Part shown: piece after piece, positions 38,651 through 50,690 of the stretch
How positions within the stretch are numbered: position 1 is the stretch's first letter
Layout of the letters: each line of letters opens with the position of its first letter
Origin: Fimbriosthenelais zetlandica
Taxonomy: Eukaryota
Length of the DNA: 64,000 nucleotides
Direction: 5' to 3'
NCBI GenBank assembly: GCA_977030845.1
Contig: OZ365110.1
Span: 21,948,001 to 22,012,000, forward strand
Position numbers and translations under genes: made by a program
Notes under the pieces: model-generated
What the model was told of the DNA's origin: nothing
What the model saw: the letters and a program-made list of their open reading frames with translations, nothing else
The model's database searches: none

Positions 38651-41600
38651 CCCAATCGCCTGTCCACATATAATAAGTGTCATGTATGGTATACATGTAT
38701 GCATTACTGCTTTCATGGTTCAAGTCCTTCAAGCTTCTTTAATAAGATCCCCTTTTACTGCCTTTACTTGCTCTGTATTGTAGCCATGAAACGATTCCCT
38801 TAATTCAACCATCATTTGTCAACATTGTGCGTGCTCTGAGCCTGATTCGAGACGACAGGACTCTTACTCAAATGATCCTGGCAAAGCAGGAAAATGACAT
38901 AATTTCATTGCAGACACCTATTGTGTCAAACACGCATGTCACAATGATTCTCACAATGGTGGCACACAACAAAGGGTGACCTTCAGTGTAAGGCCAAGGT
39001 CAAAAACAGGCCCGCAGTGAAGGATTTGATGATGTTATCGTATTGGATATTTGAGTGATCTCCTGACAAAAGAGGTAGAGTTCATGGCAAAATATCTATC
39101 AATATGAAAACACTTGTCTATCGCATATGACAAGAGGTTATACTCCACATCCCATAGAGTTACCATAACATTCATGAGTGCTTCTGGAAATGGCTGGCTT
39201 CCGTTGTATGAAGCATTTAAATGAATAATATTAAAAAAAAAAAAAATATAGCTCCATTTATTTCCGCAGTCTTGCTAAGATAAGCCACAAATCCATCTAT
39301 TGATAACTTTCCGATCATTTGTTTAGGCAATTATTCATCCATCCACTTGTATTTTTGTATTTTTCATCAATGCATCCTGTAAACCATTCTGTTCATCCCC
39401 CACCAGATTGTAACGATGTCCAAACTCACACCAAATTGGCTTTTGAATATTTTTTCGAGAATAATGATGGGAGTGAGTGTTGAGTTCCCTGTTTAATTTT
39501 GTATAGGCTGACACTAACTTTACACACAGTTCTCACACTCATGTGAAGTCAACACTGCACCAGAGACCTTATATTCGACAGTGAATCGTGATTGGGACCT
39601 TCTGAACACCAGCCGAGGCTTTATTGCATCTAGCGCTATTATGACTCAGCATGGAGACTGGGACCCATGGAGGTGGGACTAGGCAACTCTTTTGATTTGT
39701 CATGTCTGGCCACTTTCTCATATCGGGTAGAGGGTGTCGCTACTGGCTTATATTAAAAGCAATAAACATGTCTGATTCTCCATTTCCCGCCAGTAAGTTT
39801 CAGTTAGCGTCTTACCGCTACGATCCCCTAACAACACTTTATGGCTGATTAAAAATCCTTCCCCGGAGCTGAATAGGACAGCCTAGATGCACATTGAAAA
39901 GTCAGTTTGAAATCCCAGGCTTCTAGATTTGGAGAGAGCTCTAATGAAATGTAGCTTTGTGTAACAATAAAGGGCTGTCTGATTAGGAATTATGCAAATT
40001 GGGAGATAATTTCAGCACAGCCTTTGGCATAAAATGATTGTGCACATCATGATGGAGTATGGATGCTTTATATTAATCTCATATAGACCAGTAGGCATTC
40101 AATTCTTCTGTGGCAGCGAGACTTAATATGTTAATTCCTTTTCCCATTTCCATATCAAATATTTGCCATATTTCTCCTCACAACGTGGATTTCCTCCAAT
40201 AAACTCTCCACGTACTTAAGCTTGCTCCGTCTGGGATGAGAACTTACACACACAGATAGGTAGGTTCTATTATTCACTCAGACTGTTCGGTCATGTCTTA
40301 GGACCCCAGTTTACCAAGCCGTGATATGCGCATGCCCATGAGCCAGGATTGCTTGTTTACCAAGCGGCCGTCCCAAGTCTTTCGCTTCAGAGAACCAACT
40401 TTGTCCATTGTCGTGAAAGGACATTTATGATGTAGTGCACATCTTTCTCGCTGAAGTCATGAATTTAAAATTGAGTTTTTTCTTCCCTGCATGGTTTCCT
40501 GTCTTCCTGTCTTGGCTAGGTGTAGGATGATGGAAAGGCAGTTGTCTGCAGGGTAGCAATGAGCAGTTCGCTCACTTAGAGAATGGAGATGCTCTGCTCT
40601 CCAGATTGTCATGCAATGAGATTTGTATAGGAAGGAAAGGTTTAGATTTAATTGGCAGGAGTCGGGAATAGAGCCTTGCTTACTTACATTATTCATATAG
40701 TCAAAAAAGCAAGACTGATTAATATACTTATTAATCAATATACCCCTTCATCAAAGGGTATTGTTGAGACTTGAATATGCAAGGACGAGCTATACTTTTA
40801 TACTTGCTGTTTAAATCGAGATTACAATGATAGATCTCCTTAAGGCTGCTGGCATATATATAAAAGGGAATGCATAGGCCTACTCAATACTCTAATAAAA
40901 AAATGACATTGGAAGAGCCCTTTTCTCACACGGAGAGTGGTAGGTTTTCTGTCTTGTGTTCGCCCCCAGCATTTCTCTTTAGCTACAGGACACCTCATTT
41001 TAAGCCTCTTTTGCCTCATTCTTTCTGCTGATTTGAAAACAAGGATCTTAAAGCCATCATGTGGAAAGGTCCTCGCCAGCTCTTTATGTCGGTGAGCGCC
41101 TTTGTGGGCGACAGTAGCCTCTAGATAGGTGAATTCCTGCTCACACAGATCCTTCAAGTCTTTATCTAGGGAGAGCAAGACTTTATCTGCCCGCCCAGCC
41201 TCCTCTTTCTCCCTTTATCGCCCACCCACATCATTACTTCCCACTACAAGAAGTAAGGAAATAGCACATGCAAATGTTTGGTTGTATTCAGTCAAACAAA
41301 GCGAAGATTCTTTGCTGCATACCCGGATTAGTGGGCACAAATAAATAACCATGTTTTTTTTTGGCAGAATGGATTTATTTTGGTTGAGATGATAAGGGTA
41401 TTTGATAATAGGATTATTTACATTATACTTCTATATCCTTTCTAGATAGGTGCAAAATAAAGTGAAGGACAAACGCGAACACATTAGAACCAGTTCTATA
41501 TTCAAAATCGCGCTCAAATGCATGGATTTTTATGAGTCCTTTGCGGAGGAATCGATTGAATGAGACTATGTTTTTGTTAGAAAGCTATATTCATGAACAC

Positions 41601-42765
41601 GTGGCAGTTATAATAATTATGGTACATTCAGGAAAAGATTTCTGTACATGGCAAGAGATAAGTTACACTCGAGGGACCTGCCTTTCCTTCCAATGTTTTT
41701 CTCTCGCTCAAAGAAACTGGTGAATGATCTGTCCCTTGACACTGTGGCTGCAGCCTAAACCAAGACGACCAAAAACGCTTCTGTCAAGAATGGAAGCTGT
41801 TCTGTCATAATATTGTCAACTCCCTCACCACTCATTTGAAATTGATAAAGCACTTGTGTCTTTACCTATAAAATCCCTGATGGTCAATCTTAGTGTTGGT
41901 ATGCCGGTGCCCCGACCCTGAAATGATCTACAGTACATGTACATTCAAGGGTGCCATATTCCAATATTATATCAGAGGAAAGTACTGAGTGTTGTGGGGA
42001 GGTTTAGACATTTATGCATCCTGACATGAGCCTTTGAGCTTCTGGCTTGGGTTCCAGTCGCAAATGCTTATGGAAGCCTGTGGAAGTATTATATGGAAGA
42101 ATTATATGAATAAGGATGATATCCATGCCATCCACGCTTCTGAGATGTTGGATAGATACCTGTATTCTGCATAATTTGCATATTATTAGTTGCTTTTGCA
42201 CTGCTTGTGTATTGTTGCAAATTTAAGAAATATTAGTAATTCATAAATATCTGAACGCAAATTAAACCATGTAAACCAAGTATTTTCTATTTGAATTCTC
42301 TTCATCCATAATATTTACTGGAAATTTTGTAAATCTAATCCGTAGACAATTTTCAGTCTAATTAAAATATTAAAAAAAGTATGCCAGGATTGGAATATTA
42401 AATGTATTGTGAGTACCCTGCGTTTTGGCAAAGTGATATTGTATGGATCCATAGTATCGATCAGCCATTTCACTCTATTGTCGGAATATTGCTTATGTTC
42501 CACTGATGTAGGAAAATACATTCAAAGTTCATACCTTTGATATCCTGGACTTTTTGTCCACAGTTGAATGTCATTTCCTTTGAAGTTAAAGGCTGACTTT
42601 ATATCTCTATACTATATACCTAATCTCATTCTTGTGATTCTTTGTGACCACATATATTGCGTTGGGGAATAGCCAGAAGGCAGCTGTGAAAGCTTTGTTA
42701 GAGTGTATTTCCTGAGTACAACTGTCTATCTATCATTCTATAGCCACATTTATCACCTTCAGTCA

Positions 42766-42805
42766 TGCTCAGATTGTAACATTTTTGCTCAGATTGTAAC
42801 ATTTT
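42766..42805. repeat. Perfect 20-bp tandem duplication
   Basis: tgctcagattgtaacatttt occurs twice back to back. Confidence 0.9.
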
Positions 42806-43698
42806 TTCTCCCCTTGCCGCAGACAGCTGATTTGAGAACATCGGTAGACCTAATGCCAGCGTAGATTTTTATGTTATAGGCTTGAATATAGGACACTCCC
42901 TTCACGATCGGAGTGGGAAATGTGAGTCCTTTATTGTAGTTTCCATCACTCATCCATCAGCTTTCTTACCATCTACCTTTGATTGATTATTGGGCAGGAG
43001 GAGAGGAGAGGGAAGCATGTTTCGTTCATGTAATTAGAGAGAAAGACACGAAGTTCATGTTGACGAGCAGTGGGGGATCGTTTAAACTAACACAGCAATG
43101 GACATTATTGCTGACTTTTTTTCCGAAATTCAAACAGAAATAAGACAGGAGGACACGCAATGGCCTGATGTGGTAGTATAACAACATCCAATGTTCGATA
43201 GCATGATGGAAATATTAATGGTGCTTTGGGAAAAAGGATGGTTGCAGTGAAATAGATAGCAATGGGGCCTACAAGACTGTGTAGATCGAGTTCTATATAG
43301 TATATGGCAGATAGGAATCGTGACGAACTCATTAAAATCGTTAAGTGAATTACCAACTAAATTAAAACTAAACCGAACATATCTCGGAAATATTTCACTT
43401 GAATAGTACATCCAACAGAACAGTTTTTAGTTCGAAGGACATGAAACACGCCATAAGTCATAACGCTGTCGTTCCTTTTGATCTCTGGGTGCATTTATAG
43501 CGGGGAACACTAAATTACTAAACGCAGAATAATTTGAAAAATTATATAGGAGCTATATAATATGTTCCTAATGTTGACCCAAGCCCGGGATACAAAACGA
43601 TCTGCATATACCCAGAGAGGGACAAAGGCCTTCAGCCTCCATTTGTCTAATGAGAGCGAGGAGAAAAAGTCTCTCTGGCCTGGACCATGATCGATACA

Positions 43699-43740
43699 AC
43701 CGGAAGTGGAGGAAGTGACCTCAGCCCTGCCACCTAGCGG
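43699..43740. promoter_or_regulatory. ETS pair plus CTCF core motif
   Basis: ACCGGAAGTG (43699-43708), AGGAAGTG (43710-43717), and ctgccacctagcgg (43727-43740), which reads CCGCTAGGTGGCAG on the minus strand, a full match to the CTCF core CCRSYAGRKGGCRS. Confidence 0.55.
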
Positions 43741-44799
43741 TTTATTGACCAGTCAGGAAGGACCAAATGACTAATACGCTTCTTGGCCCAATGACAAAAT
43801 ATCATTAGGGCATGAAAGGTATCAATGACTGCCCGACAAAGCTTATTGGCCTTCATATGGCCAGATCCATTGTGGGTAAACTAGTTTGTTGGCTTTTATG
43901 GTTTCATTTAGCTTGCTTGGAATTCAGAGCAAGGTGATTTTGAGTGAATCAGAGCTTCCCATGAAAAGGGCATGATGTGGGGAATCATTAGGTGCCTGGG
44001 ATTTCCATTTCAAACTAGATGTCAGCTAACAGCCATCATAATGTCACTCAATGGTGGACTGAGAGCTTATACACCATATCCTTGATTGTTCCTTACTTTT
44101 TGCAAAGTTGGTGCCATATTAGATTTCAAATGAAACCCTGAAAATTGTCGAAAAGAATGTTGATATATTGCCACATACAGTCATTTATCCATGGCTCACA
44201 GTAAATAAGAGGCACTTTGTTTGATATATTATGTTTTGGAATAGAGAGTTAGTATAAAATTAAGTTGTTTACAAGTTTTGACTTCAGAGTTGTTGGCCAC
44301 TGCATGTAACCTCACCCTATCCCATCAAATGCCTTCTTTGGAATACCAGTGTATCAAGGGATCCTCTCAGTCAAGACCAGCCTGACAAAAGTCTTTCTTC
44401 AATCAAGCAAGTCACTGCAGACACATCCAGAGAGCCCTGACCCACCATGGCCATGCAGCCGAAGGCGTAAATGGACCTAAATATTCCCATCCAGCGTCCG
44501 AGGCGCCCGGGGCGTCGACACCTCAATGAGAAAAAACACGCCTGTAAACTACAGCTAAAAGACTGAGTAGAGGTGGGATGAATTGAGCTATGTAGTCACG
44601 CCTGTGGCAGCGCGAACACATGATAAGCAAAGGCAATGCGGAAGATAAAAGCTAATGTGTCGGAAAAAAGTAGGTAACGAATGTACGCTTAGTTCCAGGT
44701 TGATCAGATGGCATCCACCCATTCAGTACTAAAGCGAAAGGCATATTGCACCTGCGAATCCCAACCTCCAATTTCTTTAGCATTCCTGAATAATACATA

Positions 44800-44823
44800 T
44801 TCCCAGGCTGGTTCCCAGGCTGG
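44800..44823. repeat. Perfect 12-bp tandem duplication
   Basis: TTCCCAGGCTGG occurs twice, inside a CpG-richer island (~44450-44960). Confidence 0.85.
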
Positions 44824-45891
44824 ATAATGGGTTTGAGCACCCGCTTTTGGATTCAATAATTAAAACGCCACCTTAATACCCGTTTGAATCGTTAAAACTG
44901 CGTTCCTTCGCTGCAGCTAATCCTCTTAACTGTTGTAAAATCGCTGGCTTTATTCGTCAAGACTTAATCCTTTCTATACCCCAATGACAGGCAGGTGTCA
45001 TTTTCCCAGGCATTCCCCCAAAACACTATACCTCCCTGTTTTTCCTCCATTCTGCCTCTTACAAGAACTAATTTCAAGGCTTAGCTCGGGTCAGTGATGG
45101 GCGTCAGGAAAATTAGTCTTTTTCCCTTTGTCTGCCATGAATGGAGACACGGGGCGATTTTAGGCATAAAGTAAGATATATATGCACCATGAAAGTATAT
45201 TTACGAGCAGCTCCCAAAGCTGTGGTTGAGTTACTCTTGCGCTACTCAGGATAATGTCATAATCCCTTCGCCAGCGCGTGGTAGCAAGCTAAGGTTCACC
45301 CCTAACCTAATGAGGCTACTGCCTACAGGGCCCAGGCAGGCTGTCTTTTGATGTATATAGCTTGATCAGAAGTAGGACTCAGCATGTAGCAGGCACAAGC
45401 CCCTTGAAAATGCTTCATTTCCTGGCCCAGGGCAACTTCACTAATGCCTAGGTCCCACACTCCCGATTTTGCCTGCCGATGGACACACGAATATGAAATG
45501 TGCTAATTCGCCCGAAGTTAGTCCCGAAATTGGTCATTTTCAAAGCATCGGCCGAATCCAATACGATGCCTGCAGAAGGTTACACGAGAGTACCCGAACT
45601 ACACACGAATGCCAGCGGAGGTGTGGACTTTTAGAGGATCTTATTCCCGCATTACACACGAAGGCAACACGAATACAACACGATGGCTACACGACGTGAT
45701 ATTAATAGCATGATGCATTCTAGAGGATTTTATTCCCACAGGAGACACAGAGGCAACACGAAGGCAACACGATGGCCATGTGATGGTTACACGATGGTTT
45801 CGAGATGGCTTCACCTTATTGCGTTGCCTTCCAGAAGCTTGTTGCCTTCCAGATGCCATCGGGCGATTCGTGTATCCTTCGTATTGTGTTC

Positions 45892-46170
45892 TCAGACCAA
45901 GGTAGGCAATAGCACCGATGATTACACGATGATTACACGAAGTAACAACGAAGGTGACAAGATGTATCAAGATGCCTTGAAGATGGCATAACGAATGGCA
46001 AGATGGAAACACGATTTCCAAATGCAAAGCTTCAGAACCAAAGTAGGTAATAGCACCGATGATTACACGATGATCACACGGCGATCACACGAAATAACAA
46101 CGAAGGTGACACGATGAATCAAGATGCCTTGACGATGGCATAACGAATGGCAAGATGAACACACGAATTT
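45892..46170. repeat. ~140-bp internal tandem duplication within the Harbinger-like element
   Basis: tcagaccaaggtaggcaatagcaccgatgattacacgatg...ggcaagatg (from 45892) recurs as tcagaaccaaagtaggtaatagcaccgatgattacacgatg...ggcaagatg (from 46032). Confidence 0.85.
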
Positions 46171-46744
46171 CACATGGAATGTTCCGGCCAGATCGTCTAA
46201 CCTTCGGTCCATTCGTGAGGGCATCTGTAGGGCATCTTGACCATCGTATGGGCATCTTGAGGGCATCTTGACCATCGTATGAAAACTAATTGAATGGGTC
46301 AGGGTTCGGAGCTAACTTCGTGAGTGGTTTCAAAATCTTTGGCATGCCAAAAAATTGGAGAAAGACCTCGCGAATATCTCGCGAAGGTCATTTTCGTGTT
46401 GACTTCGTCTGTCCATCTTGCCCTTCCTAATACCATCCTGAGGGCTTCTTATTACATCGTATTACCTTCTTGAATCATCATTGCCATCGGGCATGAAGAG
46501 AAAAGTATATAAAACAGACTAAAAATAAATGGCTGTGTAATTGAGATTAGGCAAAGCCTAATCTGAAACCTGAATTGTAGAATCCAGTGGACAAGCCTAG
46601 ACCTATACTAGACCTATAATAGGACGGCCTAATATTTAGCCTAAGGTTTTTAAAACGTCAATTGATATCATTGATTTGTTTAATAGAATTATTTACTGCC
46701 AACATTTCACTTGGGAGGATTACATATCAGCCTGGATGAAAATG

Positions 46745-46862
46745 TGGAGAGAGGAGGAACGAGGGAGAATGGATGTGGGAGAAGGAAGCAGGGAGAATGG
46801 AGGAGGAGAAAGGAGGGAAGAGGGAGAATGGAGCAGGAGGGAGGGGGAAAGAGGGAGAATGT
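46745..46862. repeat. Degenerate ~30-bp purine minisatellite
   Basis: agggagaatg starts at 46762, 46790, 46821 and 46852 within an almost pure purine tract. Confidence 0.75.
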
Positions 46863-49800
46863 TTTCAAGAGAAACGATGATATTAGAATCAAAGATGCCA
46901 GTCTAACATTTTTCAGTACCTGGCCTATTTCGTTGGCACATTTAATAGATGTATTTATAGCCACTCAATCGAGGCTAGGTTACGTAACGAGGGTTTAACA
47001 TCGTCGTGTGTCCTTCCCAAGACAATCGGCCTCTTCTGGTCTCCTTCGGACTCGTCTTTTCTCCTTCGTATTGTCTTCTGGGGGAAAAAATGCCCGATGG
47101 CACCGATATTCACGCGAGGTAAACACGAACATTACACGATGTCAGAAAAAGCCCCCACGATGGCTTTAAGAAGGGCGAGATCGACACAAGAATGAAACAA
47201 TTTTTGGACATGCCAAATATATTCCCATTTCTCAGGAAGTGGCTGCCGAAGCCTGCCGGCGGGTATAAGATGGGTGACGATGCCCTCACGAATGGCAAGA
47301 TGTTTACACGATCAGGCCCGAACCTGAAAATTTCTGTGTTCGTGTGTCCATCGGCTGTCAAAATCGGGACAGTGGGAAGGCACCTTAACCCCCCAGGCCT
47401 AAAGGCCCCAACCTGCCGCAGGCACTTCATTATAGTGCTCACCACAAAATGTTATAGGTCCCCATGGCTTATCAAGGCCCAGACGCAATTCTGTTTGCTT
47501 AGTTACAATATTTGTGATAGAAAATTTGAATATTGCTCAATTTGATTTGTTTAAAAAAACATCGAAAAAATGACCATTCCAATATAGGACTATTCATCCA
47601 TCTTACCAGGATGTGGAAAGATGAAGGAATTAAACGATTGATGTAAAAATACATGGGGCTTGGTCCTATGATATATGTTCTTCATCTATACATAACTGCT
47701 TTAATGGTGCCATCCCATGGTGAATCTTCTGGGATAGACCACGCTTACCCCATATTTCTAAGAGGGCTAAGTGCCTTAAGTAATGCATTCAGGACCTTAT
47801 GTGTACAGGTCTGTGGGTTGCCTCAGGCTTTCTCCCACGAGCCAGAGTCCCCCTTTCTATACATTTTCCACAATATTATCCGTGACTGTAAAACCTCTGA
47901 TAGAAACGTGTCACTTTGGTAAACTTTTTTTCCTTAACAAAGTTAAATATGACTATAGAAAGATAATTGCCACCATGCATTATAGTACGTTATATATAAA
48001 GAGATTCATTCTTTATATGGTACTATCATGAAAGAAATCACATAATGTTCAATACATCAAAGAGCCAATGCATACTACTTCGTAGGTGTGCACAATAGTT
48101 TTTATGTGCCGAAGAGAATATGTTAGGACAGTATAGGCAACACTTTATGGGCTGGAGACAGCGCATCTCTAGGTGATAGCTTTTGCGTTGACGGTGCGCT
48201 CCATCTGCGACCTGTGCGACATATTTTATTGACATGGTTTTGCCTGAATTTCTAAGTGACATACAACTGCTATTTCCATATAGCATTTCCTTCAGTTATA
48301 GTATTTGTCTTTGAGTCGGAGGAACTATGTAAATGAGATAAACAATAACACAAATGGTTGGGAAGATAAAGTATTCAATTAACGCCTTAATCAGAAAGAA
48401 GATATATGACTGAATATCGTAACAAAAATTGTATGGATTCTAATCTAGAGAGTGACCGGAAAGAAGCAGGGGAATAGTCAGCCCGCGTCTGAAAAATGAC
48501 CAGGTTTTACATCATTCCTTGGCCGGTCCATTGTCCCATCCACACAGGGCCATCAGACAAAACCAATGGACAATCCATTGTCTGAACTGACAGTGCCATC
48601 AATCTGTTTTGATTCTGAGCCTGAGTGTTCTTTTAAAGACACTGAGCACAATCCATCAATGGGAATTAAGTGAAATCATACCAGGGAGTCGGGCATTGTA
48701 TGGATAGGAACCCCCTGCTTGGTGCATTGTCAATAAAAGCGGGTTGTGCCTCGTATAGGCCTGTCCAAAAGTATAATGCTGCGGTAATATATGTAGTTGT
48801 AATTCAATGGTTAAAGGTCCATTCAATGTGAGATTTGCTTCCATGTAAATGTGGTTGCCTGTCTTGGTGAAGTTGCGGTCTGTTCACAATTCAAAGATTA
48901 AAACAGTTTCTGATTAAAGGTATTTATATTTTGCATTGTATCATTAGATAGGTAGATAGGTAGATAGGTTTAAGAGAAAAATTATATATCTTGGATATAT
49001 CCAGTTCTACATATATACCCAGTATTTCCCCTTGTGCAATGTGGAGCTGTTTTGCTCTCTCAATCCCCGTCTTACACGTCTATTTTTAGGGATGAGCTAG
49101 TTAAACTTTGTGTGGAGGGAGAAGCGGTGCCCTTATGTCGGTAGAACCTAAAGCCTGGAGTTGGAGGGATCAATTCTCAATTAGCTCCGACTCCCCCCAA
49201 CCCCAACCCCTCACGTCAGTCTCTCCTCCATCTCATTTGACCAGTGCCTGTGAGATACCATGGATTTTCGGGCTCAATTCAAGGCTTTAAAAGTTTGTTT
49301 ATGAGCATAAAATTTAGTATTATATACTAAATATATTATATTTATGTGAATTTAATAGTCTCAACGCTAGTGTCAAAACGGAGAGGACATTTTCTATTTT
49401 CTATACAAGCGGTACTGGCTATTGCGAAAAGGGCAAAATCTGGGCTCCATTTTTGGTTACTGGAAGGAATGACTATTGGAAGAAAGTAGTCTAAGAGTTT
49501 CGGCCTTGGTTCTTATATATGAAGCAAGGAGTGGGAAGGCAATGGTATGCACACTTAGATCAATTCTTCAATATCCTTTGCATCCGCCCACAGATGTCTC
49601 AAGAGCCAAGCCTTAATGACAAATGATGAATATCAAATTGATGGCATTTTAATCAAAGACTGAACACCTTTGGGTGCCAAGAGAGGAGCTGATTGACTCA
49701 TAGCACTTAACAGCCTTCCTGCCGAACACTGTTTCTCTTACCCGTTGGGAATAGATGTTATTAAAGTTATGACCACCAAGGGAATTATTATGGTAGTAAT

Positions 49801-49946
49801 TAGATGTATAATAATACGGTAGTTAATCATTTAAAATCCCGTACATCAGGGCCTAATCTATCATTAGAGGCTCTAATATGCATCCTTAATAATATCGCTT
49901 ATGTCTGAAGGAAAGTTGGAGCACATTATGTGTGACAAGTCTCTTA

Positions 49947-50411
49947 TGCTAGTGATCCACTTAGACGCAAAACCGCCTTACGTCCTCTTATTCCCGGTTG
50001 TGCGCTAAAAGCGTGCGTCTCAGCAGCCCTAGTGGATCAGGTGCAGCAGCAGACGCGCACCCATTCCTGCGTCTGAAAAAGGTTCTACGCGCGACGCAGA
50101 AAAATCAAACATGTTTGATTTTTTGCGTCTGGAAGCGCAGGGGAGGGAGACGCAAGACACACTGCGCGTGACTTTTGCAAGTGGATCACACTCAGCACTG
50201 GACGCACAGCGCGTTGTAACTGGTATTGACTGTGTTGAAAGAGTAAAACACAGGCACGGGGACTCTGCGTGTTACGTCTCATCGTTGCAGGTGGATCAGG
50301 CCTACCATCAAAGACGTAGAATGTTTTGAGACGTGCGTTTGTTTCCCTAGACGCAAGTCTCCCGCCAGACGCAAGACGCAGACCGACTTTTCTTTAAGTG
50401 GATCACTAGCA
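49947..50411. mobile_element. PIF/Harbinger (Tourist-like) MITE, 465 bp
   Basis: Perfect 17-bp TIRs TGCTAGTGATCCACTTA (49947-49963) and TAAGTGGATCACTAGCA (50395-50411); TTA TSD at 49944-49946 and 50412-50414; internal 24-bp palindrome AAAAATCAAACATGTTTGATTTTT (50100-50123); about 10 AGACGCA/TGCGTCT-like motifs. Confidence 0.9.
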
Positions 50412-50589
50412 TTAATTGCGACATATATTAAGGAGTTTTCTCCTCCCAGTGAATTGTAATAAATGGATAGTACTGTATATTAAAAAGTATATTTTTAGTT
50501 AGAAGTTTTAGAGAACCTGTTATGGGTGAATATCAGCTCTTTTATATGCATTACTACATTACCTTCTGTGCTTGTGCTCTAGAACATAT

Positions 50590-50690
50590 GTACAACGCAC
50601 CGACACCCTGAGGAGGGAGGCATTGGAAATGCCTTGGACAGCTCGGGGGATTGAACCGCCGACCCTTCGTTCATTGGCCAACTGCCCTCC
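50590..50690 (-). mobile_element. Decayed, truncated tRNA-derived SINE head
   Basis: The minus strand reads GGGCAGTTGGCCAATGAACGAAGGGTCGGCGGTTCAATCCCCCGAGCTGTCC, with B box GGTTCAATCCC at 50647-50657 and T-arm-like context. The A box is missing and no TSD was found. Confidence 0.45.

Larger units (their letters stand above)
45445..47385. mobile_element. Non-autonomous PIF/Harbinger-like DNA transposon (~1.94 kb)
   Basis: Inverted repeats at 45453-45491 and 47339-47377 match at 35/39 positions. TAA lies symmetrically outside them (45442-45444 and 47386-47388). The right end reads AGGTGCCTTCCCACTG, Harbinger-like. The interior carries roughly 20 ACACGA motifs and many CAAGATG motifs, and no transposase ORF. 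Confidence 0.75.

Noticed and set aside
40840-41178. 112-aa minus-strand ORF and an overlapping plus-strand acceptor/donor pair (40983-41091)
   Set aside because: The peptide looks protein-like, but I recognise no family, there is no acceptor on the minus strand, and the plus-strand frame is just its antisense.
45469-47545. Several 70-128 aa ORFs within or overlapping the Harbinger-like element
   Set aside because: They are by-products of stop-poor repeated motifs, with no DDE transposase or Myb/SANT features.
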